NCBI RefSeq assembly: GCF_963921235.1
Contig: NC_086097.1
Coordinates: 220,846,001-220,910,000 of the forward strand
Reading direction: 5' to 3'
Source of the DNA: Mobula hypostoma
Taxonomy: Eukaryota
DNA length: 64,000 nucleotides
The stretch's first letter is position 1, and each line of letters opens with the position of its first letter. The notes beneath the pieces were generated by a model that was given only the letters and a program-made list of their open reading frames with translations, was not told the DNA's origin and ran no database searches. The position numbers and the translations under genes are program-made. This document shows positions 12,130 to 24,869 of the stretch, piece by piece.

Positions 12130-13090
12130 GAAGAGTACAGAAAGCATAGTGAAATTTAAAAGGGAAATTCAGACAGCAAAGGAAGGGTTTTTAAAAAAAG
12201 CAAAACCAAATAAGGTAAGGAAGATGACCATTGAAAACACAGGCTTTATTATTAACTCAAGGAAGTCTGCAGATGTTGGAAATCCAAAGCAACAAACACA
12301 AACTGCTGGATAAACTCAGCAGGTCAGGTAGCATCTGTGGAAATGAATATACAGTTGACATTTCAGGCTGAGACCCTTCTTCAGAACCCTTCTATAGATA
12401 CCTGAAGGATAACCAATACAATGGAGGCAGAGGATGCAAGTAGGGCTCTTTGCTCCTGTTTTTAGGGGAAAAAGTTGCTAAAGCTGGAGTTGTTTTGAAG
12501 GAAGAAGAGTGCAGAATATTAGATTGGATAGACATGCTAAAATAGGTAGTATTAGTATTTGGCATCTCCAGATAAAATAGAGGTATGAGCTTTACTAAAT
12601 TAAGTACATGCTAGGCAGTTGAAAGAGGGAAGAAGGAAAGTTTCAAAAACATAACTTTTCAGTCCTTAAATAAATAAATGTTTGAGAATGGAGGACTGCT
12701 GATGTTGTCCAGTTGTTTAAAAAGAAGAGAGAAGAGACCAAACAAGTAGTTATAGGCCAGTTAGTTTAATATTAGTGTGGACAGACTTTTGGAGTCAATT
12801 TATAGTGATACTATAAACCTTTGTTTTGAAAGGCATAGATTATTCAAGGATACTTGGCATGGATATGTTAAAATGGATCATGCGTAAAAATTTGAGTGAA
12901 TTTTCTTCCAGCAGGTAACATGGTGACAAATGTGGGGAGTGTGTGTCATGCAGTCATTGTCGATTTTGCAGGAATTTTGATGATGTCCCATATGACACAC
13001 TAGTGTAAAAAGTAAAAGCCCATGGAATCTTACGGAAAAGGGCGAATTGGATCTGAAATTGGCTCAGTGTCAGGAAGTAGAAGTTGCTTT
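12130..13090 (+). mobile_element. Very old CR1 remnant with a Penelope-derived short element (~12257-12390, minus strand) inside
   Basis: Decayed EDWRTA, NYRPVSL and DF..FD.VP motifs; pLTR-like ggaagtctgcagatgttggaaatccaaagcaac. Confidence 0.6.
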
Positions 13091-13096
13091 TGAAAC

Positions 13097-13650
13097 AGAT
13101 GTGCAGTGGGCAGCATCCTGACAAGTTGCATCACTGCTTCGCGTGGAAACTGCACTGTCGCAGGCAGGAAGGCTCTACAATGAGTAGTCAAACCTGCCCA
13201 AGGCATCGACGGTACCAGCATACACACCATCAAGGACAAATCTAGCAGAAATGTGCTGGAACGAGGCCAGTAACGTCATGAAGGATCCCACCCACCCTCC
13301 TCATGGACTGTTTGTCCCACTCCCATTAGGGAGGAAACCACCTAGCATCCATGCAGGAACCATCAAGCTCAAAAAGTTACTTTCTCCAAGCAGCAAGGTT
13401 AATGAACACTTTCACCACTACTTTATTCTTTCCTGTCAGTCACCGTATGGACAGCCGAGCATCACTTTGTGGACATATATTCAATCTATGTATATAAGCT
13501 ATTTTATGTATTTATATTGAGTGCTTTTATTATTATTGTGTTCTTCACCTTCTGTGTTTTTTGTGTGCTGCATCAGATCCAGAGTAACAATTAGTTTGTT
13601 CTCCTTTACGCTTGTATACAGGAAATGACATTAAACAATCTTGAATCTTT
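13097..13650 (+). mobile_element. Rex1/Babar-type LINE 3' remnant
   Basis: SILTSCIT and KDPTHPPHGLFVPLP.GR motifs; tail attaaacaatcttgaatctt. Confidence 0.75.
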
Positions 13651-14064
13651 AATTTATCCTTACAGTACGTAGATCCCTGTTAAACATTGTTTACTAAAAC
13701 TCCTTTGAAATATCTTGGACATTTTCAGTTTGTAAACAATGTTAGAGAATTATGTATTCTTGTTCAGTACAATAGATTTCCGCCCCAAGTCTCTGTCTGA
13801 TTCCAAAGAAACAGAAAAAATAGCAGTTTCAGCTACTTACACAAATTGTGGAAGGGGATCCACTAATCTCCTACATGTCATGGTAAGGCCCAAAATTCAA
13901 TTTATTTCATACATCTTGAATTTGTTTATAGTTTATCTCATATGTTATAAGGGAACCTTTATGCTGCTGAAAATTTACTTGATTTCATCCCATTCTGTTG
14001 TGGATCAATGGCCAACAAAATGGATTCTTTTTCAGACTGGAATAAAGGTTCATTGCTTGATTAG

Positions 14065-14070
14065 TGTGTG

Positions 14071-14118
<48 letters not shown>

Positions 14119-14131
14119 TGAGAGAGAGAGA
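14065..14131. repeat. (TG)n-(AG)n compound microsatellite
   Basis: Direct reading. Confidence 0.95.
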
Positions 14132-14981
14132 TTGAGAGCACATTTTGCCTTTCATTGAGACCGAATGGAAAATAGATTTAGCTTCCAGCATTGCACTCAA
14201 GAAGTTATCCAGCAGAGGTTCTCAGGGCTGGCTATCTGATGAACTGCACTTGGAAAATAGCCCGGGGACAGCTTTGCACACATGGTTAAGTGGTATACAG
14301 TGCACATATTCTGGCACTTGAATAATGGATCAGGTGCCAAATGTGATGTGGAAATGCAGATCTGCAAGGCAGAACAACTGAATGTAAAGGAAGTTTCGGT
14401 AACAAGATCTGACTTGATTGGTGATACAGAAGGTAAAGGACAGAAAAACCTTCCAGAACATTAACAGTACCAAGTGAAATATGTTTAGATAATCTGTTCT
14501 CAGTCTTCAGTTGAATCAAATATTTATCTAGTTAATGAACATTTTTACAATGATATCAGTTGCACATACTAAAGCTAATCTGATAACTCATTCATTAACC
14601 ACAGCATACAGTATATTAAAAAGGCACGTGAATTGACCTTGTGATTTTAGTTCGGAGCCCACCTTTTCAAACACTAATTCATACAAAGTTGGTTTATATC
14701 TCACAGGATGTTAGCCTGCAGCTATTTGTCTGTGTGAAGGAGAGAAATCTTGGATCAGGAATTCCCAAGAAGTGTGTAAATGTGAACTGAGCAACACACA
14801 CAATGTGAACTAAAGTGAGAACCCAAATATAACCTGGTTAGTTCTAAATTGATACCTACACCTGCTATTTTCCATATCAATGAACTTCTATGTAATATCA
14901 CAATGGGAGGCCTATGATTAATTATGGTGCACAAGGGGAGCTATAGATATAGATAAAAGGAAAGACTGAACACTATATATA

Positions 14982-15506
14982 TACTCAGTAGCCACTTGAT
15001 TAGGCATACTGACTCATTAATGCAAATATCTAACCAGCTAATCATGTGGGAGCAACTCAATACATAAAAGCATGCAGACATGGTCAAGAGGTTCAGTTGT
15101 TCAGACCAAACATCAGAATGGGGAAGAAATGTGATCTAAGTGACTTTCAAAGATTGTTAGTGCCAGACAGGGTGCTTTAAGTATCTCTAAAACTGCTGAT
15201 GTCCTGGGATTTTCACACGCATTAGTCTTTCAAGTTTACTGAGAATGGTGCAAAAGGGAAACAAAAAAAAATCCAGTGAGCGACAGTTCTGTGGGTGAAA
15301 ATATCTTGTTAATGAGGGAGGTCAGAGGAGAATGGCCAGAGTGGTTCAAACTGACAAGAAGGTGACAGTAACTGATATAGCTATGCATTACAACAGTGGT
15401 GTGTAGAAGAGCACCTCTGTACACACAAGTCGAAACTCGAATTGGCCACAACAGCAGAAAACCAGAAACATACACTCAGTGGCCATGTTATTAGGTACAG
15501 GAGGTA
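14982..15506 (+). mobile_element. Non-autonomous Tc1-derived element, copy 2
   Basis: Colinear with 9180-9717 and 49058-49596. Confidence 0.85.
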
Positions 15507-15507
15507 A

Positions 15508-17195
15508 CACTCACAACACGCTGGAGGAACTCAGCAGGTCGGGCAGCAGCTGTGGAAAAGATTGGTTGACGTTTTGGGCCGGAACCCTTCGTCAGGACTG
15601 AAGAGGGAAGGGACAGAGGCCCTATAAAGAAGGTGGGGGGAGGGTGGGAAGGAGAAGGCTGGTAGGTTCCAGGTGAAAAACCAGTAAGGGGAAAGATAAA
15701 GGGGTGGGGGAGGGGAGGCAGGGAGGTGATAGGCAGGAAAGGTGAAGAAAAAATAGGGGAAAACACAATGGGTAGTAGAAGGAGGCGGAACCATGAGGGA
15801 GGTGATAGGCAGCTGAGGGAGGGGGCAGAGTGGCATAGGGATAAGGGAAGGGAGGGGGAGGGAATTACCAGAAGTTGGAGAATTCTATGTTTATACCAAG
15901 GGGCTGGAGACTACCTATATATGAGGTATGTGAGGTGTTGCTCCTCCAACCTGAGTTAAGCCTCATCATGGCAGTAGAGGAGGCCATGTATGGACATATC
16001 TGAATGGGAGTGGGAAGCAGAGTTGAAGTGGGTGGCTACTGGGAGATCCTGTCTATTTTGGCGGTTGGAGCGGAGGTGCTCGACGAAGCAGTCCCCCAAT
16101 CTGCGTCGGGTTTCACCGATGTAGAGGAGGCCGCACCGGGAGCACCGGATGCAATAGATGACCCTAACAGACTCACAAGTGAAGTGTTGCCTCACTTGGA
16201 AGGACTATTTGGGGCCCTGAATGGTGGCAAGAGAGGAGGTGTAGGGACAGGTGTAGCACTTGCGCTTACAGGGATAAGTGCCAGGTGGGAGATCCGTGGG
16301 GAGGGACGTGTGGACCAGGGAGTCGCGGAGGGACTGATCCCTGCAAAGAGGGGTGGAGAGGGAAAGATGTGCTTAGTGGTGGGGTCCTGTTGAAGGTGGC
16401 GGAAGTTGTGGAGGATAATGTGCTGGATCCGAAGGCTGGTGGGGTGGTAGGTGAGGACAAGGGGAACTCTGTCCCTGTTGTGGTGGTGGGAGGATGGGGT
16501 GAGAGCTGAAGTGCGGGAAATGGAGGAGATGCGGGTGAGGGCATCATTGATGACGGTAGAAGGGAAACCACGATCCTTAAAGAAAGAGGACATTTGAGAT
16601 GTCCTGGAATGGAAAACCTCATCCTTGGAGCAGATGCGGCGGAGTCGGAGGAACTGGGAATAGGGAATGGCATTTTTGCATGTGGCGGGGTGGGAAGAGG
16701 TATAGTTGAGGTAGTTATGAGAGTCAGTGGGCTTGTAGAAGATGTCAGTGGACAGTCTGTCTCCAGAGATGGAGACTGAGAGATTGAGAAAGGGGAGAGA
16801 AGTGTCCGAGATAGACCAAGTGAATTTGTGGGCTGGGTGGAAGTTGGAAGTAAAGTCGATGAAATTGACGAGCTCAGCATGGGTGCAGGAAGCAGCACCA
16901 ATGTAGTTGTCAATGTACCGAAGGAAAAGTTGGGGAGCAGTACCAGGATAGGTCTGGAGTACAGACTGTTCCACATAACCAACGAAGAGGCAGGCGTAGC
17001 TAGGGCCCATGCGAGATCCCATAGCTACACCCTGAGTCTGAAGAAAGTGGGAAGAGCCAAAAGAGAAGTTATTGAGTGTGAGAACCAGTTTCGCCAACCG
17101 GAGGAGGGTAGTGGTGGTGGGGAACTGGTGAGGTCTATTATCCAGAAAGTAGCGGAGGGCTTTGAGGCCTTCTTGATGGGGAATGGAGGTGTAAA
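15508..17195 (-). mobile_element. Penelope-like retroelement, 5'-truncated (RT plus GIY-YIG, frameshifted)
   Basis: QTQGVAMGSRMGPSYACLF..RYIDN RT motifs (16192-17097); VIYCIRCSRCGLLYIGET GIY-YIG (15956-16195); pLTR with hammerhead remnant; 13-bp TSD gtacaggaggtaa at 15495-15507 / 17213-17225. Confidence 0.92.
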
Positions 17196-17225
17196 GATTA
17201 TTTTGTGTTTAAGTACAGGAGGTAA

Positions 17226-17840
17226 TAGACCATAGATATTACAGCACAGTACTGGCCCTTTGGCCTTCAATGTTGTGCTGACCTTTCAACATACTCTAAG
17301 ATCAATCCCTCTCACATAACCCTTCATTTTTCTATCATCCAGGTGCCCATTTAAGTGTCTCTTAACTGCTCTAAATGTATCTTCCTCTACCACTAACACT
17401 GGCAGGACATTCCACACACTCAACACTCACTGAGTAAAGAACTTACCTCTGACTTCCCCCTATACCTTCCTCTAATCACCTTAAAAATATGCCCCCTTGT
17501 ATTAGCCATATTTGCCCTGTGAAAAAGTCTCTGGCTATCCACTCAATCTATGCCTCTTGTCACCTTGTACACTTCTCATCCTCCTTCACTCCAAAGAAAA
17601 AAGCCCTAGTTCGCTCAAGCTATCTTCATAAGGCATGCCCTCTAGTCCAGGCAGTATCCTGGTAAATCTCCTCTGCGCCCTTTCTAAAGCTTCTACAAAC
17701 GTACATCGTTTCTATAATAAGGTGACTAGAACTGAACACAATATTCCTAGTGTAGTTTAACCAGGGCTTTATAGAGCTGCAACACTATCTTGCAGCTCTT
17801 GAACTCAGATCCCAGACTAATGAAGCCCAACACCATCTTA
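17226..17840 (-). mobile_element. CR1 3' fragment
   Basis: LQLYKALV..HL motif; CR1 3'UTR with short tandem tail. Confidence 0.75.
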
Positions 17841-18499
17841 AGAACCGTAATATACATGGGATTCAAAATAATAAATATAGTCTTTACATTTGATCTAAAA
17901 CTGCTAAAATTTTGTTTGAAGTGCTGGTCCCAGTGAAACAGAAGGCATATTTTGTAGCTCAGGTTCACAAGACATGAAACGCAACAGGTCATAAAGTCAA
18001 TTGATGATATTTTTATGAATAAGGATAGAACATGAAGTTTGAAATGTAAAGATGAATCTATATAACATTCTTGCAGTTGTAGGACTGTCCATATAGGACA
18101 ATAAGGTGATGGAAACTACAGCAAAGAGTAACTAGCATGCTGGCAAGACAGTGGAAAAACAAAGGCAGGGCTGTGTTTGTTGCCAATCAATGAAGATTAT
18201 GGAGTGATTTGAGAGAGATGATGGAGTGAGTCAATAAGTGAAACTGGACTGGTATCTGTGAAATAAACATAGATCAGATCAAATGTAAGGGATTTTAAAA
18301 AAGAACAGGTGAAACTTTTTAAAAGATATACAGAGCATTTACAATCCTAAAGACTGTTCTTGAAGTGAGACCATGTCTAGAAAACAACAGGATATTTCAG
18401 AGATTGATAATGTATGATAAAGTGAAAGAACTGCCGTAGATCCGTGCGTGTGAACAAATTGGGGCGAATGAATGTTTTCTACCTACGCTTAAGAAGGAA

Positions 18500-19107
18500 A
18501 TCATAAGGCAAATAGAGGACATGAGCTGTCTTTGACAGACAATGGAAAAGGAAATCCAAAGAGATTCTAAATATATTAAGAGCAAAATGCTAACAAGGCA
18601 GATAATAGCTCTACTTAAGAATCATTATCATTGTCTATGTCTGGAACCACAGGAGAGAGACAAGTTCTTAAATGAATACTTCCTGTGAAGAAGGCCACTG
18701 GAGCTAAGGATTCATGGAAAAGAATAGTGATGTCCTGAAACATACCCATACTACAAAAGAGGAGGTGTCAGAAGTCTTAAGCATACTAAGGTGGATAAAT
18801 CCCTCAGGACTGGCTAAATGTGTCCTCAAACATTGTGGGAAGGAATTCTGGGGCCTGGCAGAGATAGTTGTGGCACCATTAGCCATGGGTGAAGTACTGA
18901 AGGACTAGAGAGTGACTAATGTTGTGCATTAAACAAAGGACAAGCCAGCAAACTAGAGGCTAGTGAGCCTAACATCAGTGGCAGGAAAACTACTGGAGGA
19001 GATTCTGCGAGGCTGGATCTACCTGCATTTTGAAAGGCAGGAAGTAATCAGAGATCATCAGCATAGTTTGTCATGGGAAATCGGGTCTCACAAATATGAT
19101 TGAGCTT
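18500..19107 (+). mobile_element. Old CR1 ORF2 internal remnant
   Basis: Decayed LNEYF, VDKS.G, NYRPVSLTSV motifs. Confidence 0.6.
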
Positions 19108-19618
19108 AGAGATTCAGTCTCTACCAGAATTAAAACCTGTTAAAATATTTGGCAATACTGATAGAAGATAAAGCTATCCCACTTCAGCTTTCCAACAAAA
19201 CCTATCAGGCATTTTTTGTTTATTGGGCCCACACACCAGTCAATGTTCAACTCCAGAGGAACTCTGAAGTCAGCCTTCTCTATGGAGACCAAGTAAGGTT
19301 TACCAGGACCTTAGAGTCATACAGTACAGAAAAGAGTCACAAGGGCCGCCATGTCCACACCTATCATTGCACTATCTATAGTAGTCCCATTTATCCACAT
19401 GTCATTTGAAGACTGCTGTGCCTTTGTGATTCAGTTACTTATCTCAGCGCTTCTTAAATGCTGTGAGAGGACCTGTCCTCAATCTTCTACTCAGCCAGAT
19501 TCCAAATCCCCTTTGTATTTAAAAATTCTTCCTCAGATTCCCACTAAACATCCTACTTCTGAACCCAAGTCTATGCCCTTTTGGTTTAGATACTCCCAGC
19601 ATGGGAATCAGATTCTTA

Positions 19619-19980
19619 CTGCAGCACATACATACTGTATACAGCTAGGGTGCTTAAGATTGTTGCACAAAAATTTAGTAATTCAATGTATTGCACTGCA
19701 CTACTGCCTCAAAAAAACAACAAAATTCACGACATGTGTGAGTGATGATGTCTGATTCTGATATGGGACTGTATTGTGGATTGAGAGTGGGAAGGAGTTA
19801 GGGAGAGGGGAATCATGCTTGGTAAAATGGGAAGGGAGAGGGGAGGGAGCGGGAAGCACCAGAGAGACATTCTGTAATGAGCAATAAACCAATTGTTTGG
19901 AATCAAATGACCTTGCCTGGTGCCTGCACCTGTGCCATCCTGGCACTCCTCCTCTGCCACCTGTCACACACCCCTCCCGT
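19619..19980 (-). mobile_element. Partial copy of the composite Tc1-end element seen at 30800-31600, lying within an old minus-strand CR1 remnant
   Basis: Reverse-complement similarity to 31260-31600 (accaggcaaggtcat, ggtgcttccc, cagaatcaga segments). Confidence 0.65.
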
Positions 19981-22029
19981 GACTTTTGAAGAGTACTTAT
20001 CTACCCAACTATCACGCTGATAATTTTGTATAGCTCTGTCAGGCCATCTCGTCACGCCAGCATATCTAATCTCTCCTTATAACTGAAACACTCTAATGCA
20101 GGCAACATCTTGGTGAATCTCCCTTGCAGTCTCTCCAGTGCAATCACATCCTCAGGTCCATCAAGATCCACACAATATATCTATTTAATCCTGAGCACAA
20201 GCAGAAATAAATTAAGACCAGGACAGCAACGATTTGTAAAGTGTGAGAAACTATGCTGGAAATAAACACATATGTTCCTTCTCACATGATCTCACTGGTA
20301 AAACTAAGCAATTTCCTTTACCTCAGTTATTGATGTGCTTATCAGATTTTACTGATTTGTCAGTATGACATATTGGAATAGATTTTAATTCCTTCCACTT
20401 AGCTAGAATGACATAACAGTCAACTGTGTTGTGGGGATACATTTCTGTGCTGGAACTTTCTCGAAGGAGCACCACATGTTTGGTCTAGGCACTTGAATGT
20501 TTCTGACAGGAGAACATGGGGGCCTGTTTGCTCATCAAGTTCATACAGCGTATAAAAATGCCTTGCAGCTTTATCTCACAGTTCCACTTTTGATCTGTGG
20601 TCTTATATGTGTTGGTTTATCAAATCCTCATCAAGGTTTTTTGTAAATGCGATAAAAGTTTTTAGTACAAGGCACTGAACAGCCTGTTAAATGAGTTTTA
20701 AAGTGTTCACTGTGGGCTCAACATACACAAAATGCCAGAAAAACTCAGCAGGTTAAATAGCAGCTAAGAAAGGAATGAACTGTCGAAGTTTCAGGCCAAG
20801 ACCCTTCATCAGGACTGGAAAGGAAAGGGACAGAATAAGAAGGGGGGGGAGGGGGATGAGTACGAGCTGCCACCACCATCAATGCCGCCTTAAGAGGAGT
20901 AGAATTATGCTATTAAGCCCATTGAGTCTGCTCTGGCATTCCATCATGGCTGATTTATTTTCCCTCTTAACTCCATTCTCCTGCTTTCTCCCCATAACCT
21001 TTAACATCCTTACTAATCAAGAACCTCTTAACCTCCACGTTAAATATACCCAATGACTTGGTCTCCACAGCCACCTAAGTCAATGAATTCCGAGGATTAG
21101 CCATATTGAAGCTAAAAAATTTCCTGCTTTAAATTGTCGTCCTTCTGTTCTGAGGCTGCGCCCTCTAGTCTGAGACTGCCCCACAGTAGGAAACATCCTC
21201 TCCACATCCGCTCTGTCAAGGCTTTTCACCTGTATTTTGCTCATCTGTCCTCACTCTATTCTCCCACCGTCATGAGATGCTCAAGATTTCCAGCATTTGC
21301 AGAATCCATTGTATGCTGTCCTGACACAATGCCGGAGGTGGTGTTGCATGGCATCCATGCTCGGTTCAAGGTAGCCTCTCAAGTTGGTGCTGCCCACCAG
21401 TGTTGGATTGGTGGAATTACAGGCTGCACTGCTGGGAGCCATCGTTTTGTGGGACTTGCTGCTCAGGGTCTTGGAATAAAAATATGTTTTCTTGTATGAC
21501 CATGTTCTTTTTTTTTCTCTCTTGCTATCTGAATGCGCTTGTATGTTTTTGCATCTTGGCCCAAGAGGAACACTATATCGTTTGACTGTAGCCATGTATG
21601 GTTTGAATGATAATTAAGCTTGATTTAATTTGAAGTTAAGTAGGTATTTTTAAAAAGGTATTTATGAGGTCAGACTGAGCAGCATGAATGTTCCTTCTGC
21701 TCCCATAGAAAAGGTATGATGACCGCTGATATTAATTCCCCAGCCTCATTGTCACACATAAAATGTCTTTCTTGACCTATGGAGAAAAACTAGTTCAGAA
21801 TTTACAGTTTATGTAATGGAAGTTTTATGTACAAAATGAATTAAACCTCCCGACATAGATACTATGTGTTACTCAATTATAATACCCAATTAATATTTAA
21901 ACTGTCCCTATACTTTATATATATTATTATGTCATGTTGCAGAGAAATGAGGTTTGACAGGTTATTTGATACTTAAGCACCAATGCAATAATTTTCAAGT
22001 AAAATTTTATATATTCTAATATCCATATT

Positions 22030-22915
22030 TAGAATCAGAATCAGTTTTAATATCACTGGCATATGTCATGAAAATTGTTGTTTTGCGGCAGCAGTACATT
22101 GCAATACATAATAATAAAAAACTAAATTACAATAAAAAGTAAATGTATATAAGCAATGCAAAAAGAGAGGAAAAAATGCAGAAGTAGTGTTCATGGGTTC
22201 ATTGTTCATTCAGAGGGGAATCCTTCCATTGTCCATTTGGTAGAAACTATTCCTGAAACATTGTATGTGTGTCTTTAGGCTCCTGTACTTCCTCCTTGAT
22301 GGTAGCTGTTTTGTCTGTACAACTACCTATCAATTAAATAAAAGCATGCACATGGATATGGCTTTAACTGGAGTATTTGCATTGCAGGGATAGGGGGAGA
22401 GAGAGGCAGCCCTTAATGATGGATGCTGCCAGTTTGAGGCTTTCCCTTTTGAAGGTGTTCTCGATGCTGAGAAGGCTAGTGCCCATCTACGATCTGGCTG
22501 AGTTTACAACTTCCTTTTCCTTTTTCCGATCCCGTTACAGGTGTAGAAATTTGCAAGTGATTTTGATGACATACCAATTTTCCTCGAAACTCTTAGTGAA
22601 GTATAGCCACTGTCATGCCTTCTTTGTAATTGCATCAATGTGTTGGATAGATCCTCAGAGATGTTGGCACCCAAGAACTTGAAATTGCTCTCCCTTCTCT
22701 ATGAGGACTGGTGTGTGTTCCCTCGACTTCTCCTTCCTGCAGTCCACAATTAATTCTTTGGTTTTATTCATGATGAGTTGCTGTGACACCACTCAACCAG
22801 CTGATATATCTCATCACTGTATGAAATTCTTCCAGCAACAGTTGTGTCATAGGCAAATTCATAGATGGCAGTTAAGCTGTCCCTAGACACGCAATCGTAG
22901 GTGTAGAGAGAGTGA
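22030..22915 (-). mobile_element. Rex1/Babar-type LINE 3' remnant
   Basis: agaatcagaatcag tail and similarity to 9143-10800. Confidence 0.65.
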
Positions 22916-23149
22916 ATGATTTTGGCCAGCTATGTTGACTGCCTATTCCCCTCCATAGATCCAGCCTGAGTTCCTCCAACATTTTATGCGTGTTACCATA
23001 AAAAGTTATTCCCCAGAGAACACAATATCTTTGCATTCTTTCTTTTGCAGTGTCAAGATCTGAGATAACTTAAGTCACTGGTCATCAACATACAAGCTTG
23101 TCTTCAGTTTAGTTTTCTGTAATGCATTAAAAAGTATAAAGCTTTCTTT

Positions 23150-23807
23150 CAGGGTCAGGGAGTTCTCAGATTAGGTCCACAGCCTTCTAAAGGGGGAAGG
23201 TGAACAGCTGGAAGTCGTGGTACATATTGGTACCAACGACATAGGTAGGAAATGGGACATGGTCTTGAAGAGAGAATATAGGGAGTAAAGTAGAAAGCTA
23301 GGAAGTAGGACCTCCAAGATGATCATCTCTGGTTTGCTGCCTGTGAAACACGCCACTAAAAGTATGGATAGGATATATGGCAAAATGATGGTGCGGCTGA
23401 GGAATTGGTGCAGTGGGCAGGGTTTCAGATTTCTGGTTCATTATGAAGAGAAAAACAATTGGGTGTTAGAGGATTAGGAAGTTTTTAAAAACCAACAGAA
23501 TTGCACTAAAAAGCCATAGGGAGAGAAAAGGTGAAATATGAAGGTAAACTAGCCAATAATATGAAAGAGGGTACCAAAAACTTTCTCAAATATGAATTGA
23601 GTAAGCAAGAGGCAAGAGTAGATATTGGAACACTGGAAAATGATGCTGCAGAGATATTAACAGGGACAAAGAAATGGCAAAGAAATAGTAAATATTTTGC
23701 TTTGGACTTCACTATGGAAGACACTAGCAGTATGCCAGAAATTCAAGAATGTCAAGGGGCAGAGTGAGTATTGTTGCTACTACTAAGGAGAAGATGATTG
23801 AGAATAT
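23150..23807 (+). mobile_element. CR1 host copy, left part (ORF1 esterase remnant plus ORF2 linker); continues at 29065-30060
   Basis: VVVHIGTND SGNH motif; YEGKLANN..ENDA; the coding sequence resumes with KGLKVDK at ~29068. Confidence 0.8.
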
Positions 23808-24869
23808 AAGATCATAAGACCATAAAATTTGGAGCAGAAGCAGGCCATTCAGCCCATCGAGTCTGCTCTGTCATTCAATCATGGGCTGATCCAATTCTTC
23901 CAGTCTTCCCCACTCCCCTGCTTTCACCCATGCCCTTTGATGCCCTGGCTTATCAAGAACCTATCTATCTCTGCCTTAAATACACCCAATGAATTGGCCT
24001 CCACAGCCACTTGTGGCAACAAATTCCACAGATTTACCACCCTCTGACTAAAGTAACTTCTCCGCATCCCTGTTCTAAAAGGATGTCCTTCAAACCTGAA
24101 GTCGTGCCCTCTTGTCCTAGAATCCCCTACCATGGGAAATAACTTTGCCATACCTAATCTGTTCAGGCCTTTTAACATTCGGAATGTTTCTATGAGATCC
24201 CCCTCATTCTCTTGAACTCCAGGGAATATAGCCGAAGAGCTGCCAGATGTTCCTCATACGGTAACTGTTTCATTCCTGGAATCATTCTCATGAATCTTCT
24301 CTGAACCCTTTCCAATGTCAGTATATCCTTTCTAAAATAAGAAGCCCAAAACTGCACACAATATTCCAAGTGTGGTCTCACGAGTGCCCTATAGAGCCTC
24401 AGCATCACATCCCTGCTCTTATATTCTATACCTCTAGAAATGAATACCAATATTGCATTCGCCTTCTTCACAACTGACTCAACCTGGAACTTAGCCTTTA
24501 GGGTATCTTGCACAAGGACTCCCAAGTCCCTTTGCATCTCTGCATTTTGAATATTCTCCCCATCTAAATAATAGTCTGCCCATTTATTTCTTCCACCAAA
24601 GTGCGTGACCATACACTTTTCAACATTGTATTTCATTTGCCACTTCTTTGCCCATTCCCCTAAACTATCTAAGTCTCTCTGCAGGCTCTCTGTTTCCTCA
24701 ACACTACCCGCTCCTCCACCAAACTTTGTATCATCGGCAAATTTAGCCAAAAATCCATTAATCCCACAGTCCAAATCATTGACATACATTGTAAAAAGCA
24801 GCGGTCCCAACACCAAACGCTGTGGAACTCCACTGGTAACCGGCAGCCGGCCAGAATAGAGATCCCTTT
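23808..24869 (-). mobile_element. CR1 (nested), 3' part
   Basis: ORFs 24190-24945 and 23924-24178 (FADDTK, RPHLEYCVQFW); tail at ~23805-23825. Confidence 0.9.

Noticed and set aside
13739..14200. ORFs with CV and TH repeats
   Set aside because: Translation of the (TG)n microsatellite
16266..16982. 238-aa Ser/Pro/Thr-rich ORF overlapping the Penelope RT
   Set aside because: Alternative frame of C-rich RT sequence that is naturally poor in stop codons
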